From Haliotis rufescens (Eukaryota), in contig NW_025963957.1 in NCBI RefSeq assembly GCF_023055435.1, forward strand, positions 6,572,001 through 6,636,000: a stretch of DNA of 64,000 bases, in the 5' to 3' direction. Below are positions 25,742 to 38,190 of this stretch, in pieces (position 1 is the stretch's first letter; every line of letters begins with the position of its first letter). The notes under the pieces were generated by a model. The model did no database searches. It had not been told where the DNA came from and saw only the letters and a program-made list of their open reading frames with translations. The position numbers and the translations under genes were made by a program.

Positions 25742-27102
25742 GTAAAGTTAGAAAGATCAAAAGAACTTTAACAATTGTGCTTAAAGTTCAATTAAATGAT
25801 GAAGAGAGCGCCTGTAATGACACACATATTTGTTGGTTGTAAACAATATATATAAGTACCTTGGTACTTTGCCATGAATTAAAATGTGTAAATGAATAAT
25901 GGATGATCTTTCGAGGAAACCTTGACATTTATGTTGGGCACCTCCTCCCTGTTGCGGATACTTGACACACTAAGTGGGTGAGTGAGTGAGTGAGTGAGTG
26001 AGTGGTTGAGTATGAGTGAGAGTGTGAGAAACTTTTTGTGAATATTATTTTTGTCTTAGAACTCATTTTTGAAAATATGTACATTCATGAATCAGTAAAA
26101 TTTCATATATGGTTATCAAATGATTCTGTCTTTTTTCTTTTGAATTTGTAGAGAAAGTGTAGTTGGATACAGGATTTACTACAAGGCACATGTTTATTCT
26201 TGTAGTAAATTCCATGCTTAACCTTTGACCTCGCCAGGCTCCCACCAAGCAGCAAAACCGTTAGAGTTCTGTCACTCATGGGCAGATAAAATCTACACTG
26301 CTGAGGAGTAGCCAATGGGAGTAATTAGAAACCCTTGGGGTTTTCTTCAGTTTGCACTCCGGCCCTTAAGAATAAGTTAGTTACAAAGGGTCATATTCTT
26401 TGTTATATTTTCTAAAGTAGTTTTCATTATTCAGTTATTAATCTGTTAAATGGAATCACAGACCTGTATCTGTGTGGGGAGACTTGCCGATGTCATCCAC
26501 AAAGTGACCAGTGCAGTGATATTTCCATGCTTCGGTTTAGTTGACAAGGTAGACACAATTTAATGGATAACTTCTTAAATACTGTAATAAGCAATCTATA
26601 CCGAAACAAGGCTTTTTAAAGTATTAAAGAAGTTGTTATCCATGCCTATCAAACAATTTCTGTTTAGTTGCAGATATGATGCCGACATAGACAGCTTATA
26701 CACAAGTCTGTACACAAGCCATGCATGATAGACTCTCATAGTCGTGTGTTCTACAGGGCAGGTCCTGCAATGGTCTGTGTTAATGAGGAACAATATAATA
26801 CATATCAATGTAAAACATTTGCAGACATTGTAAACATCCCTGCTTTGTTTCACCACATTGTTTTACAGTTGCTTTAGGTGTTGCAATAAGCACTAGGTGT
26901 ACAGATATGTACTACAATGGCTAATTTAACAACACATCTGTGCTATGACTAACATGATCAAGAGGGTCATATCATTGACAAGACAGGCTTCCTTTGAAAC
27001 CTTAACATCATGTTTCCATAAATCTTATTTGTGTGAAATATATTCATAAATGTTAAACTGACCTGCTAAATTACATGCTGATCTTTTGTAGATAGATACA
27101 CT

Positions 27103-27390
27103 GAGTGAGTGAGTGAGTGAGTGAGTGAGTGAGTGAGTGAGTGAGTGAGTGAGTGAGTGAGTGAGTGAGGTTTAACGCCGCTTTTAAAAGTATTCCAGTT
27201 ATATCGCGGTGTGTCAGCTTAAAGTGGGAGGAAAGCCCGAAGTGATGCAGGTCTCAGACGTTTACCACTTCCGTGAAACCCACAAGCACGGGTATGGTGC
27301 TGACAAACCTAGAAACATAGGTTCCTGCCGTGCCCAAGGGACGCAACTCTGCACAGCGAATTGCGGCGCCTTAGACGACAGGGCCACCCA
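27103..27390 (-). mobile_element. SINE family D copy (internal deletion) with a long (GAGT)n tail
   Basis: Aligns to 52364-52622 and, inverted, to 29075-29358. Confidence 0.8.
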
Positions 27391-28004
27391 TGCCTCCACA
27401 CTGAGGGATGACTTCCCTATAGTGAGTGAGTGAGTGAGTGAGTGGAGTTCTATGCCACTTCTCTGATCTGCCAGCTTACTACACATCATTCACATTAACA
27501 AACTTCGTCTTTACAAGTACACGGCAGTGCAAAAACTTCTCAAATGAAACATCAGTGCTGAACAAAACAAATTATTTGTTGGAATATATTTGGAAAATAA
27601 GGAAAAGGCAATAATTATTTTTCCACTTTTAAAAAAATTAAAAAATCTATAACATACCAAAACAAACGCATAATGAACTTTAACTCACAATTAAAACAAT
27701 TTTGCCAGTCACATCTCAAAACACTTTGAAATTCGAGCCCGTATTACCGACATTGTTGTTCATTATCTCATGCCTAAATACACAGAACATAATTTCATTT
27801 CTGTGACCATATTGCTAATATTGCAAAATTCAAATATGCGTTTTCAAAGTGTGTCAGCACATGATAAAATCTTATTCCTCAAACAAAATCTAAATCTGAT
27901 TAGAATAACTATATTCTTCACAAAAATGCTTTTTGGTGCTCTCATAAATTATACCCAACATTTTATTGGACAATGAATTTAATTTGCCACCAACAAAATG
28001 TGTT

Positions 28005-28290
28005 GAGGTGAAATTGGGTTTAACGTCACGTTAAGATGATTGCACTAACAGAGTCATGCGAGTGTGTCTGCTTGTACTAGTCCGGCTAATGCCAATTTTA
28101 TAGTGCTACCCCACTGAGATACCACGTCACAGTTTAACATGAATACCCAACTCAGAAAAAGTATGCTGACTCCTTGTTTTAGCCCCTTAATGCCGAGCGC
28201 CAGACAGGGTAACAAGTACCATCATTTAACATCTTTTGGTATTACGTGGCCGGGGATCGAACCATCGGCAGACACTCTACCACGGACATC
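28005..28290 (-). mobile_element. SINE family C copy (degenerate)
   Basis: Aligns to 30854-31215. Confidence 0.75.
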
Positions 28291-29074
28291 CCACCAACAA
28301 AAAGAAAACGCCTTAATGGACCACATTACTGAACAGAATTTTGAGCTCTACTTTTACTGATTTCTTCTGGACAAAGTATGACATACTACATGAATTTTAT
28401 TGAAGCTTGAACTATCCTTTAACAGATCTCACACTTCAGTTCAAGCTTCTGTTTACGGTCTAGGAGCCTCTCTAAGACACACTTGACGACTAGTGTAAAC
28501 CTTATTTAACTGCTCCTCCGAGTTTGTAGCTAGTCCTGCGAGTTTGTAGCTAGTCCTGCGTGAACATGACTGACATGTTTAATATGTTTACATTTTCTGT
28601 CAGTTATATCCAGGTTTGTAGCGAAACTGAAGCATTGAGAATTGGGTCATAATTATAGCCCTCAAATACTAATTCATGAGGGCTACCATCACTGGATTTC
28701 ATCGTCCTCAGCACAATTTAGTAGACTATGGTACCGTCAACCTTGTGGCGTCAGGATGGGCAAGTTTAGGTCTTCTTGGCTTCTTTCTTCCGTTTCCTCC
28801 ACCGCGTCAGGAAGATGGCATCTCATTCTACTTCAGACTGTAGCCACCAGCCTCTGCAGCATGGAAGCAGGAAGTGAGTGAGTGAATCAGTGAGTGAGTG
28901 AGTGAGCAAATTACAAGGTGAGTGAGTGAGCAAATTACAAGGCGACTGAAGGGATCAGGTGGTCAGGCTCAGTGACTCGGTTGATACATGTCATCGTACC
29001 CCAATTGTATGGATTGATGCTCATGATGTCAATCACTGGATTCTCTCGTCCAAACTGGACTTTCATGTTGCTGT

Positions 29075-29358
29075 TGTGGGCACGGGTATCCAAGGGGTCT
29101 AAGGCACTGCCATTTGCTATGCAGAGTTGTGTCCCTTGGGCATGCCAGAAACCTATGATCGTGGATTCCAATTCGGGTTCGCCCCGATTATGTTTCTAGG
29201 TTTGTCAGCCCCAAAACCGTGCTTGTAGGTGTCACCAAAGTGGAAAACGTCTGTGACCTGCATCACTTCGGGCTTTCCTCCCACATCAAGCTGACACGCC
29301 GCGATATAACTGGAATACCGTTCAAAGTAGCGCTAAACCCAACTCACTCACTCACTCA
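29075..29358 (+). mobile_element. SINE family D copy
   Basis: Reverse complement of the 52364 copy; (ACTC)n tail. Confidence 0.8.
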
Positions 29359-29414
29359 GGTCGCCGTCATATACACAACAAACACAAGGAAACGAGTGAG
29401 AGAGACAAGATTTT

Positions 29415-30152
29415 TGTTTTTGTTTTGTTTGCAGTAATAACGTAACACTCAGCAATTTTCCAGCTATATGAAAGCAGGCTGTAAATAATAAAGTCTGGAC
29501 CAAACAATCCAGCGATTGATATTGTGAACAACAATCCACACCATTTGGGTACAATGACATGTATCAACCAAGTCACCGAGCCTGACCATCTGATCCTGTT
29601 AGTCACCCCTTACAACTAGCAAAGATTGATGGGACGTATGGTAACTTGGAATACCAACAGTATAAACATGAACATATGCATTAAGCAGAAGTGATATCAG
29701 CAACTAAAGAAATAAAAGAGATAACACTGTCTTCTTGTACACATACGATAATGTCATTTCGCAAGCATGACACAGAAGGACAATATTTTGTTTTGCGAAC
29801 AAATGTTTACAATTTGTTGGGCAATATGTCTTACCGTGAATGTGTCTTTGCCAAATCTTCATCCAATGGATGACCTTGGTGACCCCATTCTTGTGATGGC
29901 TAAAACATAAATATTTCCTTTTTCAAACCGGGGGAATAAAACAAATGAAGCTTTTAATTTGATTTTATTTGTTGTTGAACACCGCAGTTCAGTTAAATGG
30001 CGGTGGTCTGTAAATAATTGAGTCGGAACCAGACAATCCAGTGATTTACATCATGAGCATTGATCCACACAATTGGGATATGAAGACATGCATCAACTCA
30101 GTCAGCGAGCCTGACCACCCAATCCCCGAAGTCGCTGTTTACGACAAGCATG
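29415..30152 (-). mobile_element. Two 5'-truncated SINE family A copies (about 29415-29620 and 29965-30152)
   Basis: Core ctgtaaataat.gagtctggaccagacaatccagtgattgacatcatgagc is shared with other family A copies. Confidence 0.75.
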
Positions 30153-30189
30153 TAGTTATTTGTCATCACTTATTTCATGACCCGTAAAT

Positions 30190-30430
30190 GACCCGTGAAG
30201 ATCCGGGGTAGAATAGGTCTTCAGCAACCCATGCTTGCAGTAAAAGGCGACTAACGGGATCAGGTGGCCAGGCTCGCTGACTTGGTTGATGCACTGTCAT
30301 CGATCCCAATTGAGTGGATCGATGCACATGATATCAATTACTGGATTGTCTGGTCCAGACTCGATTATTTATACAGACCGCCGTCATATAGCTGGAATAT
30401 TGCTGAGTGTGGCGTTAAACAACAAACCCA
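30190..30430 (+). mobile_element. SINE family A, full length
   Basis: GACCCGTGAAGATCC... through ...GCTGGAATATTGCTGAGTGTGGCGTTAAACAACAAAC. Confidence 0.85.
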
Positions 30431-30464
30431 AAAAAAATTCTTTCATGCAGCAGCAAGCTAATTG

Positions 30465-32615
30465 TCATGATGGGCGTGCGACATAATGGGGATGAGACAT
30501 GATGGGGTGTGACATGATGGGGGTGATACATGACGGAGGGGTGACATGACGGGGGTGTGACATGATAGGGGTATGACATGACGGGGGGGGGGGGTGTGAC
30601 ATGATGGGGTGCGACATGACGGGGGGGGGGGGGGGTGACATGATGGGGGTGCGACATGACAGGGGTGCGTCATGATGGGGATGCGACATGACGGGGGGTG
30701 ACATGATGGGAATACGACATGATGGGTGTGTGACATGATTGGGATGTGACATGATGGGGGGGGTGCGACATGATGGGAATGCGACATGATGGGGATGCGA
30801 CATGATGGGGTTGCGACATGATGGGGATGCGACATGAAGGGGGTGCGTCATGAGGTGAGGTGAGGTGAGGTGAAATTGGGTTTAACGTCGCGTCCAAGAT
30901 TATTGCACTTATATAGCGACGTGCATGCACGTGTATGTGTGTGTGTGGCTGCTTGTACTAGTCCGGACTGATGCCGATTTATAGTGCTAGCTCACTGAGA
31001 TACCATGCTGCAGTTTAACATGAATACCCCACTCAGACACAGTATACTGACTCCGAGCCGACCAGTCCTTGTTTTAGCCCCTTAATGCCGAGCGCCAGAC
31101 AGGGTAACAACAAGTACAATCTTTTCACGTCTTTTTGTATGACGCGGCCCGGGATCAAACCCTGGACCTTCCGCTCTCCGGGCGGACGCACTACCACAAG
31201 ACCACGGAGGCGGTCGGGTGCATCATGATGGGGATGCGACATGATGGGGATGCAACATGACGGGGGGTCGACATGATGGGGGGTCGACATGACAGGGGTG
31301 CGACATGATGGGGTGTGACATGATGGGGGTGCGACATGACGGGGGTGCGACATGATGGGGGTGCGTCATGAAGGGGGTGGGACATGACGGGGATGCGACA
31401 TGAAGGGGGTGCGACATGATGGGGGTGCGTCATGAAGGGGATGCGACATGATGGGGGTGTGACATGACGGTGATGCGACATGACGGGGGTGCGTCATGAA
31501 GGGGATGCGACATGATGGGGGTGGGACATGACGGGGGTGCGACATGAAGGGGGTGCGACATGATGGGGGTGCGTCATGAAGGGGATGCGACATGATGGGG
31601 GTGGGACATGACGGGTGTGTGACATGACGGGTGTGTGACATGATGGGGGTGCGTCATGAAGGGGATGCGACATGACAGGGGTGCGTCATGAAGGGGATGC
31701 GACATGATGGGGGTGTGACATGATGGGGATGCGACATGTTTGGGGTGTGACATGATGGGGGTCTGACATGATGGGGGTGGGACATGATGGGGGTGCGACA
31801 TGACGGGGGTGTGACATGATGGGGATGCGACATGATGGGGGTGCGTCATGAAGGGGGTGGGACATGACGGGGGTGCGGTATGAAGGGGATGCAACATGAT
31901 GGGGGTGCGACATGATGGGGGTGTGACATGATTGGGGTGTGACATGACGGGGTTGCGACATGATAGGGATGCGACATAATGGGGGTGTGACATGACGGGG
32001 ATGCGACATGAAGGGGGTGCGACATGACGGGGGTGCGACATGATGGGGGTGCGTCATGAAGGGGATGCGACATGATGGGGGTGTGACATGACGGGGATGC
32101 GACATGACGGGGGTGCGTCATGAAGGGGTTGCGACATGATGGGGGTGGGACATGACGGGTGTGTGACATGATGGGGATGCGACATGATGAGGGGGGGGGG
32201 TGACATGACGGGTGTGTGACATGATGGGGGGTGTGACATGATGGGGGGGGTGACATGACCGGGGTGCGACATAATGGGGATGCGACATGACAGGTGTGTG
32301 ACATGATGGGAATGCGACATGAGGGGTGTGTGACATGATGGGAATGCGACATGATGGGGGTGTGACATGATGGGGGTGCAACATGATGGGGGTGAGAAAT
32401 GATGGGGGTGCGACATGATGGGAATGCGACATGACGGGTGTGTGACATGATGGGAATGCGACATGATGGGGGGGGGGGGTGACATGATGGGAATGCGACA
32501 TGATGGGGGTGTGACATGATGGGGTTGAGAAATGATGGGGGTGCGACATGATGGGGGTGAGAAATGATGGGTGTGTGACATGATGGGGGTGCCACACGAT
32601 CGGGGTGCCACATGA
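30465..32615. repeat. G-rich minisatellite with an approximately 16-bp unit (GACATGATGGGGGTGC variants)
   Basis: More than 100 degenerate units; it produces the spurious SHPHHV/TPPSC ORFs. Confidence 0.92.
30854..31215 (-). mobile_element. SINE family C, full length with tRNA-derived head, inserted in the minisatellite
   Basis: A-box TGGTCTTGTGG and B-box-like GGTTTGATCCC on the minus strand; (CACCT)n tail; flanked by gggtgc(g/a)tcatga. Confidence 0.85.
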
Positions 32616-35374
32616 TACAACAGACAATCAATGATGCAGCAACTTGGACACTTGTGATCGCCATCATCATCACAATCTGTACATATCCAAATTGGGACAA
32701 AACAAAAGAGTAAACATTTCATTGTAATTTCTACCAACAGTACTATAATCCATGGTGTCAATCTCATAAAATACTTCCTCTCCATGACCTCAGTTATTGC
32801 ATTTTTAAGCAAACTCACTGGAAGAAATCTGACATGATATTCACCTGTTTGTGAGTCTTGCTGTTGGAACATCTTGATGCCCGAGAACACCTCCACATTG
32901 CAGTGTTTCCCCTGTATGGGGCCGGCATATCTCCTAGGCCAAGGACATCTTTGCACAGGGAACACAAACGGGTCTTTGTTGATCATATTGATGGCAATTA
33001 TGAAAGTTCTTCTGTTCGATTTGTGGAAGATGGTGTAAAGACAGTTCTGTGTTGTAAATATCTTATCACCCAAAAAGGCTGGGAAATGTTTCAGCCTGCT
33101 CAAACTGTTCTGCCTTGTGTGTAATGAATGTCCTCTTGTATGTGACATACTTTTAAAGATGTCCATATAACGCCCAAATGTGTGGAGCCCTGTTCTTCCC
33201 TAGACCACTGTCCGAGTTGCTGGTACTACTGGCGGAACCTGGTGGTGCTACCATCTTCCGTCTGTAGGCCTGAAATTAAGATTCCACTTGAAATCTGTTT
33301 GAAAATTTGTTTGTTGTCTTATAGAAATAAAGAGTCAACTGACATACATGTTTCACAGTCAACCTCATCTCACTTGACCTTCACTCCAGCAGATATACAG
33401 TCTGCATGTTTAATTGGTCCTTCCAGGAAGCAAGACGTTCTGACACTGGGTCTGGTGCCTGAATCACCACTGGCGAGGTAGCAAAATACTCCTGAAAGTA
33501 GCAATTTCTAAAACTAAGTAACTTCCCGACTGTGCCAGAGCTAGAAACTAATAGCTTTAGTCCACTAGTCCTAATGATAACATAAAACAAAACCCTTGAA
33601 AAGGGCAAATGTCTCCTGGTCCTTACGCTACCTGATCTATTGGGCAGTTGGGCAAGAATTACAGGACTGGAGCTAAGTCCTAATCTCGGAACATAACGTC
33701 AGAGATATTTGAATCCAAAAGTAAGGAAGACTTATTTCAGGCTTCTGGAGCAAAGTTCATGATGTGCATGGGATCATGTGTTCTATAAATAGAACATGTC
33801 ACATGCTTTATGTTAAAATTATTATGTGACAACCCATGTTCAGTCAAGATTGAGCAACAGAAGTATAATTGGCTATAGTAGGATATATAATACAAGTCAT
33901 ACAATTGACACAGGCAAATTCATTTTTCTTATCGCATTGCAACACAAGTTTTCACCGTTTCTCAGGCAGCCAGTGGTGCCATTCAGAGCAGGTGTTGAGA
34001 CATGCAAGTTCTACATAGTCAGTACATCTACATGACAGGGAATATTAAAGGAGATATTGAATGGATGACTCCGACAAAGCAAGATCTAAAAATCAATGCC
34101 CTAGCCCTAAATACCGATATGGCACAAATTTGACCAAAACATGCAACAAGAACCTAAACTTCTGTTCCTAAAAGTACCTGTGATAGAAAACAATGCAATT
34201 GTACTTTTGAGAGTCTCCAAAAATACATTGCGGTACTTATTTGAAAAGACATCAACGAGAAGGCAACGAGACTTACATTTGAAAATGCCACGCGTCCGGT
34301 GCTGACGCTCGCTCAACAAAGAATGAGTTCCATGCAAGGTGGTCACGTGGTGGTTGGGTTTATAGCCGAATCAGCACCGCGTCAAACCGCTGCGAACCGA
34401 AAACGGCACCAAATGCATTGACGAAAACGGCACCGCGTTGCCTCTCGAAAAACGGCTGTGTTTATATGAGTTTGTATCATTGAAAGTATAACATAGGTGA
34501 GAACGTCATATTCTAGTGATGTCTTCTTAAAGAAGCGAAGCCTAACACGCAGCAGTACTTATCTAATTATTTTAAACAATTCGTTTTGTTCTCGTTTCTC
34601 CCAAACCAAGTATTGCCTATGCCAGACATATCACAAGACTACAAGACTACACTGGATTACAAAGAGATTAATACACGAGCATTTGTGTCATACTGGTTTT
34701 ACGAAATGAGTGTCAGTCTTCTTCTAATTCTCGAGCGAGGGAGAGGGTAATACATCGTTTAGTATTCTGTATTTATCAACTCGGTTATTCCTAAGATCGT
34801 TATTTTGACAGGTGGACATACGAGGAGTGGGGGAAAGGTTCCGAGTCTAACTATGATGGACAACGTTGATGGAGTGGGTTGCCAAATATTTTTCAACATA
34901 CTCCCCTCTGAGGCCCACACGGTTCTGACAAGGATGCTGGAGCGCCCGAATCCCACTGGTTTAGAAGGCTTCCTCCTGGTTTCGTGAAAGCAATAACGTC
35001 ATAATCATTTGAATAATGCTTGCCAGGCACTTCTTTCTACAAGTTTGGTAAGGGGTGGAAATCTGACGGTGCTAAATCTGAATACGGAAGATGTTCAATG
35101 AGTTCCAAGGCGCAGTCATGGTCTGACCTTTCGGGAGGTAGTCCACCAGTAGGATTCCTTACAGCTATAGACGGGTGAATCTTGTGTCAATATTTGGAAC
35201 AGGTGTACCGAAGATATATCAAGATGTATATGGTATGGTTGGAAAGCTTGGAATCTAGTTTTCGAAAACCAGCGTTGCCAGACTTGAAAGTGTCAGGCAA
35301 CACGTCTTTTAAGGGCACCTTGGTTGCTATTCTATTTTGGAAAGGGCACTGGTGCTACTACTACACATAATAGG

Positions 35375-35640
35375 ACCCGTGAAGATCCGGGGTAGAATAG
35401 GTCTTCAGCAACCCATGTTTGTCGTGAGGCGACTATGCTTGTCCTCAGAGGCGACTAATGGGATCGGGTGGTCATGCTCGCTGACTTGGTTGATGCATGT
35501 CATCGTGTCCCAATTGCGGACATCGATGATCATGATGTCAAATCTCTGGATTGTCTGGTACAGATTCGATTATTCACACACTGTCGTCAAAAAGCTGGAA
35601 TAATGATGAATGCGGCGTTAAACTACAAAGAAACAAACTC
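35375..35640 (+). mobile_element. SINE family A, full length
   Basis: Same 5' start and tail as the 30190 copy. Confidence 0.85.
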
Positions 35641-35669
35641 TTGTTATTATATTTATTGCTATTGATGTA

Positions 35670-35811
35670 CAGTAAACTACGGTTATAACGAACTCGAAGG
35701 GACCACTAACTTTAGTTCGTTATAAGCATATATACAGCATTTATACAACAAATGGTCGGGACTAAAAAATAAGTTCGTTATGAACGTGTTCGTTATAAAC
35801 GTAATTTACTG
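35670..35811. mobile_element. Tc1/mariner (pogo-type) MITE
   Basis: TA|CAGTAAACTACGGTTATAACGAAC ... GTTCGTTATAAACGTAATTTACTG|TA, i.e. TIRs with a TA target duplication. Confidence 0.85.
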
Positions 35812-36393
35812 TAGTTAAGTTAGAATAAAACGTGTATGTGAAGCTGGGTTAAGACCAACAGAAACACCTCCCAAACTCAAGGCACGAATCAACACAACAA
35901 GTCACACGCTAAATCAGGAAGCACCTATGGTTATCTTCGTAGGGAGGAGAAGAACCTGTAGAAAGTAAACCCTTTCTCTGAAGGTATTTGTTAGAAAACG
36001 GAGATGAGCACAACTGAAATTGCTTACGGGTGAACATCACAGCTGGAAACACACCAAGAAGATAAATAATAACAATCGTTACTTTTGCCGAAAAGTATTG
36101 TCATCCAACGACTGCAACATCATTTGAAACCGACGCCGATGGGCGTGAATTACTCCTGAAATACTTGACATCATCATTCGGCAATTCTTCCAGTATGGAC
36201 ATCCAGGTCAAGACCGAAAACTTCCTCCTTGGTTCCCAAATTTTCTGACTGGGAAACATTATCTTCCGACATTTTGGCTTGTCGTGAGAAATAGTACCGT
36301 TCATTTATTCATACGCAGTTAAGAGGCTTATGTGGATTTGTCATGATAATCGACGAGGTAGGCTGACCAATCAGATGGCGGAACACAGTCACT

Positions 36394-37213
36394 ATTGGTT
36401 TACAATTAGAAGATAAACAGTTACGTTTGATACTTTTGCCGAATGTTATTGTCATTCAACGACTGCAACGACTATCGGTGTCAGTTTCAAATGAATTTGC
36501 AGTCGTTGCATGACATTATAAACCTCCGGTGACGTCATCCTATTGTTCTCCAGTCGGGTTAAATCTCATAAACGGGGACGTTGTAATATCCCCGGGATTT
36601 TATAAGATATTTAAGACATATTTGCTATATAATGTGTTATAATATCCTGGGTATTTTATTAATTAATATAACTTCCGTTCAGGTTGTAGCATGTAATGAA
36701 ATGTAAAATCAAATGACAAATGTTTTCTTTATATTCCCGAGGATCGAACTCGCAACCTTCATATCTGTAGCCCAGTGAGGGTACCACATGGCTATTTTAC
36801 GCCCGTTTCCTAAGGTTCATGGAAAGTATGTTCGAAACATAAAAATTGTTGATAAATGTTGTTTTAAGTTTCTTTTTGTCGGTTCATAAGTTAGATAAAA
36901 CACTTCCCCTCGGGGTTTTATGATATGTAAAACCGTTATCCTTGGTATGCGTGTTTTAAATGTGATAAGAACCCTTGGACGTGCTTTATTGTACGCTTAT
37001 AATGGGTTGAAATTTAGTTTGGGGATAATTTAAGGTTCAAAATCGGTTTATTAGTAAGATAAAACACTTCCCCTCGGGTTGTTATGATATTGAAAACCCT
37101 TTCCCTCGGAAAATCCCTCGGGGTGCGGGTTTTAAATATCATAACAACCCTCGGACGTGTTTTATCCTATACATAACATTCGGCAAAAGTAACAAACGTA
37201 ATCGTAAACCAAT
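36394..37213. mobile_element. Foldback/TIR element with nested hairpins and a tRNA-like segment
   Basis: TIR attggtttac..ttacgtttg.tacttttgccgaatgttat inverted at 37173-37213; internal gataaaacacttcccctcggg hairpins at about 36893 and 37058. Confidence 0.55.
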
Positions 37214-37502
37214 CTACAGAGAGAAGCGTTATAATGGGGGACGCCCATTAGCGGGGAATGTCCTGATGCACGCCTTTAGAGGACAGAGATGTCCTTGTAC
37301 AGGATCCCAGTTGAGGGGACGATCCAGGCAAAGATGAACTGCTCACTCTCAGGCACGATCCGCTTTAACTGGAGATTTGGTTAAATTTTGACACAATATA
37401 CAACTTGGTAGTGTTGTTTCCATGGTGATTAATACGCATGTTCCATGTAATGAACACACAATGACATTTAGAAAGTTCTCAAATGTAACAAATGTTTCTT
37501 TT

Positions 37503-37747
37503 TAAAGTACAGATTCTCGTACTTTTTGGAGTTGAGTCCGTGATTCGGACCCACACTGCCAGAGTGAGGCACCTAATCGCCAGCACACAGAGAAAGCGAT
37601 CTAACCCACTCAGGCACCGATGCTTCCACACAAATGAAAGTCTGACAACTGGTAGTCTAGATCACGTACTTTGTGTACCCCTCTGACAGTGTGGGCTCGA
37701 ATCCCGGATGGGACTCAAACCCCCAAAGTACTAGGATCTGTACTTTA
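37503..37747. mobile_element. Palindromic MITE-like element with tRNA-like arms
   Basis: About 62-bp imperfect inverted arms, aaagtacagat..cccacactgccagag and ctctgacagtgtggg..atctgtacttt. Confidence 0.7.
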
Positions 37748-38024
37748 CAAAGAAAGTGTTATCCCACATATAACTTTTGTGACTGTTCCATGTTAACTGT
37801 GGATGTTTTAAACATATTGTGTTTTGTTGGTTATTTAATTCCGCTCACGGGACGACTCGTCGCCCACAGCAGTGAGACACAGAAAAACAACAATGATATT
37901 AAACTATGAACGGATAAGGGGATACAGTACCCGCAGCTACCACAACCACCTTAACGTGGTGTTCGTTTGTTTACGCCGCTCTCGGCTATATTCAAGCTAT
38001 ATGAGGCTGGTCTGTAAGTAATCG

Positions 38025-38190
38025 GGGGCGGTCGGGTAGCCTAGTGGTTAAAGCGTTCGCTCGTCGCGTCGAAGACCCGGGTTTGATTCCCGACATGAGT
38101 ACAATGTGTGAAGCCCATTTCTGGTGTCCCCCGCCATGATATTGCTGGAATATTGCTAAAAGCGGCGTAGAACCATACTCACTCACTAAA
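38025..38190 (+). mobile_element. SINE family B (tRNA-derived) nested in a family A remnant
   Basis: A-box TAGCCTAGTGG, B-box-like GGTTTGATTCCC, (ACTC)n tail; 12-bp TSD tgtaagtaatcg at 38013-38024 and 38191-38202. Confidence 0.88.

Noticed and set aside
30415-32700. His/Pro-rich ORFs (SHPHHV, TPPSC) as extensin-like or metal-binding proteins
   Set aside because: They appear in all three minus frames of a 16-bp, length-variable satellite, so no reading frame is preserved.
34363-34460. Academ-like terminus (TAGCC start with GAAAACGGC repeats)
   Set aside because: No matching inverted end was found in the window.
35337-35665. Recurrent short ORFs such as GRIGLQQPM.. and GWSGSLTWLMHVIV..
   Set aside because: They are chance translations of SINE family A copies, and the frames are not conserved between copies.
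38025-38100. Functional tRNA gene (also at about 31150-31215, 52530-52622 and 63455-63525)
   Set aside because: A/B boxes are present but there is no proper acceptor stem; each continues into a SINE body and tail, two with clear TSDs.
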